64,000 nt of DNA, from the NCBI GenBank assembly GCA_030704615.1, contig CM060733.1, positions 75,392,001 to 75,456,000 on the forward strand, in the 5' to 3' direction. A program made the position numbers and the translations under genes. Numbering within the stretch: the stretch's first letter is position 1; each line of letters opens with the position of its first letter. Of this stretch, positions 10,401 to 23,671 are shown piece after piece. Below the pieces are notes generated by a model that was given only the letters and a program-made list of their open reading frames with translations, did no database searches and was not told the DNA's origin. This DNA comes from Takakia lepidozioides. Its lineage: Eukaryota; Plantae; Bryophyta.

Positions 10401-13090
10401 TATCAGTAAGCGCCAAACACCACACAAAAAGAATTGTTGCCACGACAATTTGGTTAAGAATGTATAACCTTTTCTGTTGCATCCACACAGGATGTGGCTA
10501 GACGATGCAGCTTCTCCAATGTCATTGTGGGCTTCAGAGCGCGGGAGTAGTGCTTCCCCACCTCCACCAGAAAGTCGGCACCAAGGGCGGGATTAGCTAT
10601 GGCCACGTACTTTACCATCCGCGACTTGTACTTGATGCGGGCCTTCGCCTCCGCAGCTTTGAGATACGATTCCAGTGCCGGGAGGGTTAGTTTCTTCTCC
10701 TCTGACTCCATGTAGAACCTCCGCGCATGTGCCAAATCCTGCTGAATTTTCGTCTGTCAAGAATGCGCACATAAGATTAGAAATCATGGTCAACACTTTT
10801 TCTTCTATTGGGGGAGAGAGACAGATTAGCTCAACAAAAGTTTAGGAGCTTTACCCAAAATATGTAGTCCACCATGGCGTCCATGCTCAACCTATACCAG
10901 GTTCTGTCTGCCTTTGCCTCCGACTTGCGCATGAGGTCGGCACTGAGCGAATTGGCAAACTCTTGCACCCCCTGCTTCCCGACATCTTCACTCAGAAGAG
11001 CATGTGGGACAAGTTGGTGGCAATGAAGGCATTCTCAGTCACCCTACAATGCCACATTTCCATTAAACAATACTGAAATGAGAATATGCAACAAATATGA
11101 CAATTGGCAATGAAATGATTGTTTCAAATTCAAAGTTCCAAAGCAAGAGGCATTGTAACTTACGAGTTGATGTCTGCCATTGCAGCTTTGAGAAGACTGC
11201 GATCTTTGGGCCCCGCAACCTTCAGCACAACACACTCCACGGCGAAATGCCAATCCAGGTCATTGGGGTGGGCTTGGACTATGTGCTCCATCCATGCCAG
11301 GAGGCGTGATTGCCGTCCCACACGTGAAACATCTTTCTGGACAAGTGCTGGAAAAGTGGATCAGTAGCAATCAATCTCTCGAACTCCTCATTTCGCCTTT
11401 GCCAATGGGGACCCCATTTGTCCACCTCATCGGAAGTGTGGGCACGAGAAGCTCCGTGGTCGTTCTCAATGGAAACGTAAAACGCGGTAGACCCCATTCG
11501 ATATCCCTCCCGGAAAGAGAATTTCAGCATGTCGATATCGCCTGGGAGTGCAGGTCTCACCACCTGCAAATACCAAGTGGCAAAGGGGAATCCAAAGCTT
11601 GGCCAGGTACACCATGCCCCCCAGGACCCTGCCAATGTTGCTGTGGGTTGCCTCCAACATCTTGGCAGCGGCCAACTTCATATCCGCCTCCGACATGACG
11701 TCTGTTGCAGGGGGGTTCTCCGGCAGCCTACCAGGACCGCCAAATCCAGCCTGTATGCTGCGGGTTTGGGGCCTGGGGATGTCCAGGAGGATGTCATCCT
11801 GGTAAGAAAACTCCCTCTCGTCGTCCTCAACATGGTCAACCACCGGCGGAAGCACCTCGAGCACTCCCCCCATCTCTACTGCCCTCTCCCCGGCTTCACC
11901 TCGAACTCTCACAATTCTTGCTGTTTGTGGTGTTCTTTCCCCTCCTCCAGTCTCCACCATATGGGTAATTGCGGGGGCTGCTCACACCCGCGATGGTGTA
12001 ACCGGTAAGGATGCAACCAGTGTGTTACTGCCTGTTTCTGGTGTCTTGGAGGGATCCACCGTCTCTGTGCGTCCCTCGCTTACATGGGCATCTGTCATTT
12101 GGACACCCCTGGCCTCTTCAATGGTCCTTTCTCTTGCCTCCTAGCTAGCCTTATGTCTCGCCTGTTCTTTTGCCTTCTCTTTTGCCCTCTCACGGGCCTT
12201 CTGTTTCTTACTAGGGGTAGCAGCAGGGGAGGCCTCCAGGACAACCATCTTTGATTGAGGCGAATTGACACCCTCACGCGCCTTGTTCACTCCCCCCTCC
12301 GCAGCCTGTGACGGCTCTCTCGCCGGGGATTGCATGTGCTTGGTTTTTTTCTTCTTCTTTGCGTGGGCGGGCCCTACTGCATGTGCATTAGCTTCCTCCA
12401 TTGGCGGATCTGCTATCCTCATCCGACGCCCTTCACCTGCCATGCCGCCTGCACCAACCTCCCGAATGCCTATTCTGGCGTACTCTCGCTACAGGTCCTC
12501 CCGTCCACCAACAAAAGAAGCAAGATTTTGTTTGCCCTCCTGCCCCAACTTGGGCGTTTTAAACATGCAAAGCACCAGGTCCGACGTGTGCTGCCGACGA
12601 CTGTCCGACTGCGCTTGATGACTAGCGGCTTTTGGAGTGACTGCTCGAGCAGTTGGAGCTGTCGATGATACCACCACCGTGTCGCGCTCGTCTTCACTTT
12701 GTCATCCCCAACAATCGTGAGAACCACCATTGCAATGAAATGGAAGCAACAAATGAGCCACAATCGTGGAGTGGCATGGAACAACAATGAAAACAAACCC
12801 AAGCAATGGCTAACAATCACATGCAGAAGCAGCAGAAGGATGCCAAAACAAACAAAACAAAGCGAAGAAGACCGCACATGTTACATAAAGCGAAAGAAGC
12901 AGGGGCTTGCCTGAGAGTGCTTGGCTTCAGTTGACGTGGGCTGTGAGCAAGACAAGGGGATCTCTTGCTGGAGCTTCAGTTTGGCCATGCGAGACGTTGG
13001 ACGCCGCCTGTAGTACAAAGGTTTGCGCCGCAGTCTGGATGTGGGGTTTCTCTCAGGAGAGCCACGCCCTTCTCCACGCGGCATAAGTCC
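7414..13090 (-). pseudogene. Multi-exon gene for a ParB/Srx-like domain plus N6-adenine/N4-cytosine DNA methyltransferase-like domain; disrupted and 3'-truncated
   Basis: VVRPALPGDI...GYRMGSTAFYVS...MFHVWDGNH: restoring one base at ~11305 gives DGNHRLLAWMEHI. GT-AG introns at 11044-11163, ~10742-10854, 10383-10468, 10162-10256, 8851-9946 and 7628-7715 join the ORF pieces in frame. C-terminal ACDMILLDIPDG...GMLLDDGGCMVVL...GKPWRYSRTRSPAFIQTL resembles MTase motif IV onward. Several stops and frameshifts. Confidence 0.7.
8919..9853. repeat. Intronic array of ~14 GGAAA-N3-GGCGCC-N3-TTTCC quasi-palindromes in mixed orientation
   Basis: Copies at ~8991, 9055, 9108, 9172, 9246, 9320, 9370, 9444, 9541, 9612, 9686, 9758 and 9832, plus a degenerate one at 8919. 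Arms are usually CTGGAAA/TTTCCAG. Confidence 0.9.
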
Positions 13091-13339
13091 GAGTAAAAGA
13101 AAAAATCTCCCGCAAAATGCGTGGTACAGGCCTCGAATGGAACTTCATCCACCCATCACATCAGGTGTCGAAGGCGTATCCGAGAAGCAAGCGCGGAATC
13201 CGTGTGGAACGTCTGGTTCAAAACCGATGGCGGAGGACATTTAATGTGCAATTGCGCCCTTAAATGTCATAGGTATGGAGGTCGGCCACAGGCGCCACCT
13301 GGCCCACCCTCCCCCCGAGACTTCATCATTCGCCCGCTG

Positions 13340-13725
13340 GATGGAAAAAATGGCGCCGAATTTCCATCCAGCGGATAAAGTAGGACGCAACGTGGCCCTC
13401 CCTCCGCCCGAGACGTTCTCATCCAAAAGCTGCCGGATGAAAAATCGGCGCCAAATTTCCATCCTGCAGGTAAGTCGGGGCGTGGCCGGATGCAAAACCG
13501 GCGCCGAATTTCCATCCTGCAGGTAAGTTGGAGCGTGGCCGGATGGAAAACCGGCGCCGAATTTCCATCCTGCAGGTAAGCCGGAGTGCGGCCGGATGAA
13601 AAACCGGCGCCGAATTTCCATCTAGCAGGTAAGCGGGAGGGCGGCAAGATGGAAAACCGGCGCCGAATTTCCATCCTGCAGGTAAGTCGGTCCATCTCAT
13701 GGATGGAAAACCGGCACCGAATTTG
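13340..13725. repeat. 53-bp tandem array (6 units) plus one extra copy of the GGCGCC quasi-palindrome
   Basis: Core positions 13447, 13500, 13553, 13606, 13659 and 13713. Unit is ggatggaaaaccggcgccgaatttccatcctgcaggtaag... Confidence 0.9.
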
Positions 13726-13874
13726 TCTCTAGCGGACATCATTGGTGGGAAAAACGTGCCAAAAAGTGGCCCGCATGCAAGAAACTCTAAGTTTAGTGTC
13801 TGATTAGACAAAAAAACGCGAAAAACTTGATGCAACGACTAAATATTGTTGATGAAGGGTCGATACGGGCGTCT

Positions 13875-14262
13875 GTGGATGGATATTCGGCGCCGTTTTT
13901 CCATCCTGCAGATGATCTTTGTCGACCTCTCCCCCCAAGACGACTTCATCCGTGCGGCCTCGGATGGAAATTCGGCGCCGTTTTTCCATCCGGGGGATGT
14001 TATCTGTCGGCCAAGTGTCGGCCTCTCCCCCCGAGACGACTTCATCCGACCGGCCTCGGATGGAAATTTGGCGCCGTTTTTCCATCCGGGAGATGTTCTC
14101 TGTCGGCCAGGTGTCGGCCTCTTCCCCCAAGACGACTTCATCCGTGCGGCCTCGGATGGAAATTCAGCGCCGTTTTTCCATCCGGGGGATGTTCTCTGTC
14201 GGCCAGGTGTCAGCCTCTCCCCCCGAGATGACTTCATCCGACCGGCCTCGGATGGAAATTTG
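13875..14262. repeat. 96-bp tandem array carrying the same palindrome; same unit as 27544-27750
   Basis: Core positions 13974, 14070 and 14166. The next core is cut at 14262 by the gypsy integrase sequence. Confidence 0.9.
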
Positions 14263-16472
14263 CAGCATCAGCACGTACTTCTTCCACATGATGTAGTTCA
14301 TGTTTCGTTACTTTAATTGAATCCTCCAATTCCATTCTCCTTCCCCATTCAGTTCTCATAGTAGGTAATAAGAACTCCACTGGAAGTAAAGCTTCCATGC
14401 CATAAACTAATTGGAATGGTGTATACTTGGTGGTGACCTTATATGAAGTCTTGTATGACCACAAGGCTGTCAACAACTTTGTATCCCAGTCTGTCATGTT
14501 CGCATTGACTATCTTAGCCAAGATAGTGCATAGTATTTTGTTGGTGGCCTCTGCCTGCCCATCGCCCTGTGGGTAATAGGTTGCACTCTTTCTGTGCACA
14601 ATCATGAACTCCTTAGTCAATAGTTCAATGGTCTCATTAAAATGACTTCCCTGGTCACTGATAAATTCCAGGGGACAGCCAAATCTTGTGATAATGTTCT
14701 CATATATGAACCTTGTTGTGGACTTAGCTGTGTTGTCCCTCAGAGCCTTAGCTTCCACCCATTTTGTGGTATAATCAGTGGTTGTGATTATATACTTGTT
14801 CTATGTATTCCTGGCTGGTGGATTAATTGTTCCAACAAAGTCTAATCCCCATTTCTGGAATGGTTCAGTAGGCATTGTAGGATGCAAAGCCATCTTCCCA
14901 GATCTTTGCAAAGGTCCTAGCCTCTGACACTCATCACAACTCTTGCAATACTTGTATACATCTCTAAAGAAGTAGTAGGCCACCAGTAACCTACAAGTAA
15001 TATTTTCCTACTGGTAGTCTCTTCTCCAAAATGGCCTCCAGCCACTCCCTTATGAACTTCTTCCAAAACTTTATTTACCTCATGGTGGTACAAGCATCGT
15101 TTAAGAACTCCATTAGGTCCTAGCTTATACAATCTTCCACCTATCATAGTGTATGGTAATGCCTTGATAGCTATTCTTTTCCTCTGCTCCTTCCCATAAC
15201 TGGGTGGGCACTGACCATGAGTAAGGTAGTATCTGATTGGTCACTGCCAATCTAACCAATCATCTGCTCCCTGCACCTCCATTGCGAATAAACTTACATC
15301 AGGCAGTTGATCGTCTACTCTTGTGGTGGGCTCTCCTGTTGAAAAGCGTGACAAGTGATCTGCCACAAGATGCAAATGTCCAGACTTGTAAACAACTTCA
15401 AATTCAAACTCGTGCAAGATAATCAACCATCTTGCTATCCTGCCACTTATCAAAGTCTTGTTCACCAGATAAATCAAAGCCTGATGATCCACATAAAACA
15501 TAAACTTCCTTCCAAGTAGATAATGCCTGAATTTCTTGACTGCATAGATCATTGCCAAAGCTTCTCTTTCAGTAGTGCTATAGTTCCTCTCAGCACTGTT
15601 CAACAATCTGTTAGCATAGGTAATAGGTGAATCTATGTTTCCTGTAACATTTTGGGCTAACACAGCCCTCTCCTGAGGCATCACAATGTACATGAAATAC
15701 CATATGTCAATGAGGGTTAATCAGTACAGGTGTAGTTGTTACTGACAATGTAAGTTTCTCAAAATCATGTTGACATTCAGCTGTCCATGCAAACACTGCA
15801 TCCTTCTTCAAGAGTTTGCTCAATGGTGCTGCCATCTGTGCATATCGTCTGACAAACCTTCTGTAATAGCTGGTTTGTCCAAGGAATCTCCTTAGAGCCT
15901 TAATATTTACTGGTGGTGGGGATGCTTTAATGGCCTCAGTCTTTCTAGGATCCACAAGCAGTCCTTTCTTACACACAATGTGTCCCAGAAGTACCCCTGA
16001 GTTCACACAGAAAGTACATTTTTCTGGATACAGACCAAGACCTCTCACCCTGCATCTGGCCAAACATAATTCCAACTTCTGCAAGTGCTCATTCGTAGAG
16101 CTGTACACACTGAAGTCATCTAAGAACACTTGCATGAAATCATCCAAATACGCTGGACCGAGATATGTAGACGTCATAATCTCTATCATATCGACCCCGG
16201 GGGATAACAAATCTGTGATGGTGGGAGCTGACTAAAGTCCCCCCATTCATCTCTGTTGAGACCTCCAGTGTGGATAACGAGGCCACCTTCATGACCTTCT
16301 TATGGAAAGATTCACTTATCACTCTCTGGAAAGTTGCTGATGCATTACAAAGCCCAAAAGGAATGACTTTGTATGCATAAGCACCCCAGTCTGTGATGAA
16401 AGCAGTCTTTCTCTGGTCTTCTTCAGCTACTTGTACTTGGTTATACCCACTGAAGCCATCCATGAATGAGTA
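14262..16472 (-). pseudogene. pol 3' part: RT C-half, RNase H, integrase (frameshifted)
   Basis: ORFs 16140-16529 (YSFMDGFSGYNQ...PFGLCNA), 15707-16210, 15241-15693, 14917-15147, 14801-14983 and 14234-14758. Confidence 0.9.
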
Positions 16473-19400
16473 TGACGAGCCCTGGTCGCGCGCGGCCAGG
16501 GTGACAACTAGCCTAGGGGGTCGTGACAAGTTGCGATGTAGGTTGGGCTCAACGAACCGCCTACCCGGCTGCGGTAAGTGCAGGGGTCCGTGGCAGTTAT
16601 GGACGGATCTAGATAGTCTAACTTCCTACCGGCAAAGCAAAGCTTAACAACTTTACTTCACAGGGCGATTTGCGTTTCCTAGTCCTACGTTTTGTTTATG
16701 GGTTTTCTACGTCTTTAATCGTAATTGCCTTCCAAGTCTTTGTTTATTATTACTTCCTACATGCCTGGACTCCCAACACGCTTATAGCCGGGACGAACCT
16801 TCAAATCCCTTCACAAAATGAATCCCGAGCCCAAGGAGACGGGGATCATCTATCTCCCGCCCACTGCCCCCCCCCCAAAAAAAATCCTGAGGTGGATGAA
16901 TGTCCTACCTCCTAGGAAGGGACCGAATCCGCTTTCCCAAGTCAGTCTTTCCTGCTTAGAGCGATCCCAAAATGCAACCTCAATGGTCAGTCCATCGGGT
17001 GAATGATAACAATTCAAACCTCTAGGTAATCCCAGGGATCTAATAACAATGGCCGTTCCTTGGCCAAATGCCCCCCCAATGGCCGGGTACTTGACTTCAA
17101 ATATCCTCGGCGAAAGGGGGCGATACCGCTTTTAAAACTTGCGTTTCCAAGTTAAGGGGGTCCGGATAAATCCCTTAATAAAGGCGAATTATCCTGCTAA
17201 ACAATAAAGACAAATCATTAAAATATTCCTACAAATGCATGAAATTCGTAGAAATACAGAATCATCGTAAGATGCTGGAGCTAACTAAATTACTCTCAAG
17301 GTGGGAACGCCCCTTTATGCCGGGAGCATTGGGGAACCGCTCTCCACTTGGGAGCGCCCCTAAATTCCTAAACCAAACCACTCAAGAACTCATTAGCAAC
17401 TTAAACCATCACCGGGCCAAGATGAATGAAATCTGCCGCCCGTCAGTTTCTCATCTGCTCGCCACCCTGGTGTGTAAACGATGATTAAACATTCAGTGGG
17501 TCCCAGGGTCCATTCCCTGCGCCTCTTCCACCTACTTCCAATATAATCTGATTAATTTATGCAGGCAACCAGCCTAGAACGAAGTTGAAACATGTCATCT
17601 TCTACCATGTGAAACCCCACCAAGGATTCTCTCCTCCCTATCTCAGGGCTCACTCTCTCTGCCTGTGGCATCTACCCGTGAACCGTGCTTTCACGAACCC
17701 CGGAATACATATCAAAATGATGGCCTCACTGGGGCCTATCCAATGGTTCCAACCATTTCTTATCCTTCGCTAAAACACGCCCTTATTCTCATGCAAGAAG
17801 AATACCATGAATAGTGCACAAGAAATCAAAGGCATAGGGAGAAAACCCCCCTTAAAATACCCGATCCAGGGACCAACAGTCCTTGGCGGGGTCCGTCGAA
17901 TTGCCCAGCGGTTAAGACTGATACCCCACGGCCAGCGCTACGTGGCGCTGCGTGGCTGGCCCGCCGCCGGCGGGGGTCCAGTGGGTAATAGGCAGGCTCT
18001 GTCGTCTCTGCCGCTCGTGTCATACCCATGCGGGCCCAGCTATGGCGCCTGGTGCTGCCACGCAGGGCACCAGCGAGCGTACTTTGCTCCAGGGGTCAAC
18101 TCCCCCCACGGGGGCAGGCCGCGCCACCCGTGTTAGATGTGCCACTCCATGGCGATTCTAGGCAACCTCCTTGGTTGACCTCCAACCCAAAGGCGCCTAA
18201 AGGCGCCAACACTTAAGTGCTGGGTTCTGCCCTTTTTGGCAGCCCTCTACAAAATAGCTTAACCACTTATAAGTTAGTTAGCAACGCCTCCCATGGTCCT
18301 CTATGGCCAGGGGGCTTATGAATCATAGATATGATCTTAATAATATGGAAATTTTGGCGATAGCTTCGCTGACTCATGCAATATGGCCGTCGCCACTAAG
18401 CTAGAAAGGGAAATTTGACAAGAGCTTCGTCACTTCATGCAAGCTCGCCCTCTCCTTAAACATAATAATGGACATCTACCCTCACTTCCATGACGTAATT
18501 GGGTTAGATTCCTAAGGCCCTGTCTCCTGGGGCTTCACACCTGTGCTCTTCACACATGTACATAGAGATGCACACACATCCTCTTTGAAAGAGGGTTAGT
18601 TTTTATAGATTTTTAGCAAACAATGCTTATAAGGTCCTTTCCTTGGACAAAGCTTGAACAACAAATGAAATGAATGAATTCAAAGGTCAAGAATGTATGG
18701 TAAGTCACCCTCTGAAACAAGTGGTGCTTGGGATGCACTAAATCGCTCGGTAGAATGGTACTCAAGCTTGGTCCTCCTCCGGCACTCCTACTCGTCCTCA
18801 AGTCTCCCACTTCATGGAGCGCTTTCTCTACTTCTTGCCTCAAATGGCCACAAGGCCTTGAGCTAGGACTATCCTGCTCTCAATATGCTTGCTTCTAATA
18901 CTAGAAGCCACAAGCTCAACTCTCTAGGAACTAGCTCCCTCAAGCTCAAAACTAACTACACAAGCAAGAGGCCAACACAAGGAAATGAGACTAGATTGAA
19001 GAACAAGAAGAGCTTGCTCTTCTTTTATTGTGTTTTTGGGGCCTCTTAAACTAGTGAAGGATAGTCTTAAACTATGATTTCCTACATGCATCTATAATTT
19101 AAAAACGATAGAACACCATAAAATAATAACCACGGATAGAAAACCTTGGTGTTAATGATAAATCTGGTTTTTCATCCATCCAATGGATGACCAGTTGGCG
19201 CGAGGTTGTCTTTTCATCCCTCCAGCTTGCAGGTCGAATTTCCAGATTTCATCCATTGGATGAACTAGAATTCCATTTAATCGCCTTTCGCAACTGCCTC
19301 CGGCGTGATAATTCGATGCCGTCTTTCATCACCTCCAAAAATCCTCAAACTTGGTGAAAAATTATAATTAGATGTTGCGTAGCTGCCCACAAAATCTCAA

Positions 19401-20025
19401 GGGAATCGGGGACGAAAAGACACACCTTTGGTTGGTTTCCATGGTTTCGCCATACAGGCAGTCTGCCGCTTCCTGGCAGTAAAAATACTGGTGGTGCCCC
19501 CAGGGTGTCTTTGGCCCTGCCACTGGATCACAGATCATCTGGAGTTTCCTCCTACACACTATGCATCGCTGAGGAGTGCAAAACTTCGTCGGGAAGCTCC
19601 TTCACCCGTCGTTTGCTCCGATTCAGCACTTGCTTTGTCACGATATTTCATCGTTGTACAGATTGTTTCCTCCAATTGCCAAGACTCCTCACCGCGTGCT
19701 CCTACTGGACTTGAAAGGTGGGAGAATAGAGAGATCGCAATCCGGGACTGGAACAGTCGTCATGTATTGTTTCGAACAGGTGCATGTTGTCGTTACTGGT
19801 ACCGAATTGGCAGCCTAACTCGCTATCGATGCAGCTCCCTACGGTCATTTTGACGCCAGAGTTCCTCCATGGTCGTCTCAGACATAATCTAAATTCCTAT
19901 GTGCTTTACCAGCGATTCCCAGATAACTCACAAACTGCCCTGCTTTGGCAATACAATGCCTAAAATGTCTGCCTTAAGATAAAAAATGATCTGAAAAGAA
20001 ATATGTATCAATATATGCATGTACA
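16473..20025. mobile_element. 3553-bp nested insertion, probable long solo LTR of another retrotransposon family
   Basis: Starts TGACGAG and ends TGTACA. Perfect 5-bp TSD GAGTA (16468-16472 and 20026-20030). Splits RT at ...AGHEMYS|FMDGFSG. No recognisable coding domain. Confidence 0.8.
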
Positions 20026-23000
20026 GAGTACATCTCATGGCCTGCCATAGTGTCCAGTACAGCTTCTGTGAATGGCAAAAGAAAATGATCTTTCTTTGTA
20101 CAATCATTCAACTTCTTATAGTTCACACAAACTCTCAGTTTGTCATTCTTCTTGGAAACTATCACAATGGGTGATAGCCAAGTTGTATACTCAATCGGGT
20201 ATATGAACTTAGCCTCAGCCAACTTCTTAATCTCCTCCCCAACCTTCTGTGCATAGTTGGGATTAATCCTGTACCTTGCCTGTTTGATTGGTACTGACCC
20301 TGGTTCCAATTCAATCTTATGCTGGCAGATCTCAGGTGGTATCCCTTTCAGATCTTCATAGCTCCAAGAAAATACATCTTTGAATTTGTTAAACAAGCTC
20401 TTAGCTTCCTCAAAGAATTTTGGCTCCAAGTCAGCCCCAACTTTCACCATTCTTGGTTCCTCCTCAATTCCCACATTCACTTCTCTCCACTGTTCTTCAG
20501 CTGTGATTGTCCATCCAGCCACTACTTCATCCTGTAAACTCACAGTGGCTGGTTCCTCTAGGATTTCTATTTCTCCCTCTCTTTCTTCATAGAAATGTGG
20601 TGGGTAACTGCTTGTTTCCCCCTCAATTGGTGTTGCTGTTATTGCACCACAACATATACCTTTAAAGCAACTCAGGCCTCCCTGTTGCATTTCTGCAACA
20701 TGCTCCCACTCTAGGTGTGCAGCAAATAGAGTAGCTTCCTGCTCCTCATCAAGCCCTCCCCTCCAGTCATACTCTCTGACTCCACGAGGTCTCCGTGTAG
20801 CAGGTATCCTACCAGATTTCTTAGTGGTGATCTGTATCTTGTGCTTCCCATCATGCACAGTCAGTAACTGGGAATTCCAGTCATGGAATACCCTGGTCTG
20901 TTTCAGCCATGGTCGACCCAACAATAAGGAGTAAGCTTCCATGACATCATCCATTTTCAACACAGTCACTGTGATCTTAAAGATCATCTTCTGAATTTGT
21001 ATCTTTACTCCTTTTATCAAGCCTAATGGTTGTACACTCCTTTGATCTGCCATTGTTACTGTGAATGGGGCTGGTTTCATGTTACTTGGACCGAGCTTCT
21101 GCCTTAATTGGTCTATCATAATATTCACTCATGAGCCTCCATCTATCAATACATCAGTCAAGTCTGTGCTTCCAATTCTCAATTGGATTATTGGCATGGA
21201 ATCATCAAAGTCCATGACAGTTTCTCGCCCTTCAGGCTTCACATTGTAACTTGTCACTTTGTTGTTCAGGTCTGTGTTCTCTGTCACATGAGCAATTTGA
21301 TTGATTGCTTGATGGGGTGCCACAGCCAATAGCTGCCCAATTGTAATCTCAGCTTTAGATTGGCATATTACTTCCGCCAAAGCCCCTTCATTATCCTGCA
21401 TCTGTGAAGCCTCTTGCTTCACTTCATCGTCACCTTCTTCATCTTCTCTTTCAGAGTCAGAAGAATCTGCCATAGGGATATTAGTATCCTTCTGCATTTC
21501 CCTTATGGTATCAGCCACTTCCTTGTGCAGTTCCTTCTCATCTCTCCATGCCTCATCATCTTCAGGCACATCACTGCCATCTTCATTAACATCTTCTCCC
21601 TCATCCACTGGAGGTAATAGTTTAGCTTTGCTTCTGGTAACTATCAGTGTACTTACTTCTGGTATAAAACATGGCATAACCATGTGAGCTGCCACTACTG
21701 GGCCTTCATTCACAGGAGCTCTCACCTCATTTTGGTGTCTGATCCAAAATGGACAGGCTGCTTTGCGATGTCCATCCTGGTTACAATAATAACACAGTTC
21801 TTCACCATTGGGTCCTCGCCCTTGGTCTATTCTGGGATTATTTCTATAATCCTGATTCCCTGGCTGGTAATTCCCCCTTGGATTACCCTGATAGTTGCCT
21901 GTGGGATTGCCTTGGTAATTCCCTCTTGGATTACCTCTTCCTGCCATACCATTGTTATACCCACCAGGCCTACCATAGTGGTCCTGGTCATTGTTTCTTC
22001 TTGGCTGGGGTTGCACTCGATGCACCCTCACTTGCCTAGGTTCTCTTGTAGCTGTCCTTCTATTGTAATAACAATTCTCAGTAGAATGGTTATCCATTTT
22101 ATAAATAGTACAGTGTTTCTCCTTCATGTGGCATTCAGCTGTGGTATGGCCTTCATTTTGGCACTTTGCACACCAAACACCCTTCCTCCATTGTGTTCCA
22201 GTCTTTTTCATAGTTGTCCCTCTTCAACTTTTCCTTCTTCTTGCTCTTCCTCCTGAGCTCTTGCTCTTCTTCCTCATCTGACTCATCTTCAGAGTCCTCA
22301 TCATCCCTTTTATCTCTCCTGAGCATTCCCAATTGCTCAATTCTATTGGATGTTTTGAATGCCTCCTCCACTGTATTATGAGGTAGCATATCCACTTTCT
22401 TTTGTAATTCAGGTCTTAGTCCACTCACAAACCAAGTCTTCTGTAATCTTGGTGCTGGTACCGCAGCCACCTTTTTCATCACTAACTCCATTTTCTCCAT
22501 ATATTCTTCAACAGTTTCATGCTTCTTTTGCCTCAACTGCTGTAAATTCCCATACACTTCATCCTTAGTTTTGCTTGTCCTGAACCTGTTTCGGAATGCT
22601 GTACTAAGGCCATTCCAGGTTAAGAAATGATTATTAGGAAACCTTGCATACCATTCACTTGCTTTCTTGATAAGTGAACAATGAAAGAGTCTCATTTTGG
22701 CATCATCGCCAATCTCATTGTTCACAATACACATGTGCTCAAATTGGCTGAAGTGTACATCAAGATCCTCTTTTCCTGCATATATTGGAAAATGTGGTTT
22801 TGCCCGTGTTGGAGGTACCGCCATCTGTGGCCCTACACCCTGCCCTTTGACAGGTACTGGTCCTCCTGTAGGTGTTGGTCCTTGATGACCTGCTATTGTA
22901 GTGGTGGAACTCCCACCAGGTGTTGGCCCCTGAGCACTCCCTGCTACTGGCCCCCCTGTACTTGCAGTACCCCCAGCTCAATTGCACTACTTCCCACACT

Positions 23001-23651
23001 CCCTGTCCCCCCAGAGCCAGATCCAAGCTGCCCGCCTGATCCCCCTGAGCCGACACCTATGTTGGCCTGTGATCCAAGTGCTCCACTTGATCCAGGTCCA
23101 ACAGGTTGGGATGTCCTGGTTGTAGTCTCAACTTCAACTGTTGGGTCTACTTCTTCATACTCTTCATCTTCCAAATTCTTCTCTCTGTTTTCATCTTCCA
23201 AGTTCTTCTCTTGGATTTCTTCTTCTTCACTCATATAACTCAACTACAGTGGTGTTGGAGAGTCTGAACTCTCCGTTGGCTCCACCACATCTTCCTCTCC
23301 TTCTTTGTCTTGTGTTTCAGAAACTGGAGTTCCTGCTCTTGGTGTTCCATGCCAACTCTGATCAAAGATTTTTGTCAATAACCCAGGATGTACCTCAGAT
23401 GTTTCCTCTCGTGGCTGATTTTCTTCCTGTACCAAATCCCTTAATCTTTCTTGTAAATAATAAGAAAGAATGGTATCCAACTCTGGTTCTTCCGGTATGG
23501 GTGATGTACTCTCTGGCCTTAATGGTGTGAGAGGTCCAGATGATTCCCCTATGTCTATTCCTCTCTCCCAGAGATATGGATAATTGGCTTTCAAATAACT
23601 TTTTCTTTTCGCTGAATATCTGTGGAGTCTAGCTTCCCTTTCATCACTCAT
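20026..23651 (-). pseudogene. gag, zinc knuckles, aspartic protease and RT N-half of element C
   Basis: ORFs 23244-23651, 22944-23243, 22153-22824 (gag), 21129-22211 (CAKCQNEGHTTAEC, CYYCNQDGHRKAAC) and 19974-21128 (LLLGRPWL; WLSPIVIVSKK..LRVCVNYKKLN). Confidence 0.9.
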
Positions 23652-23671
23652 GTCCCATGTCTTTCATATCT

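Noticed and set aside
13340-14262. CRISPR-like appearance of a palindromic repeat with spacers
   Set aside because: Spacers are homologous to each other (tandem units), no cas genes are present, and the context is eukaryotic with introns.
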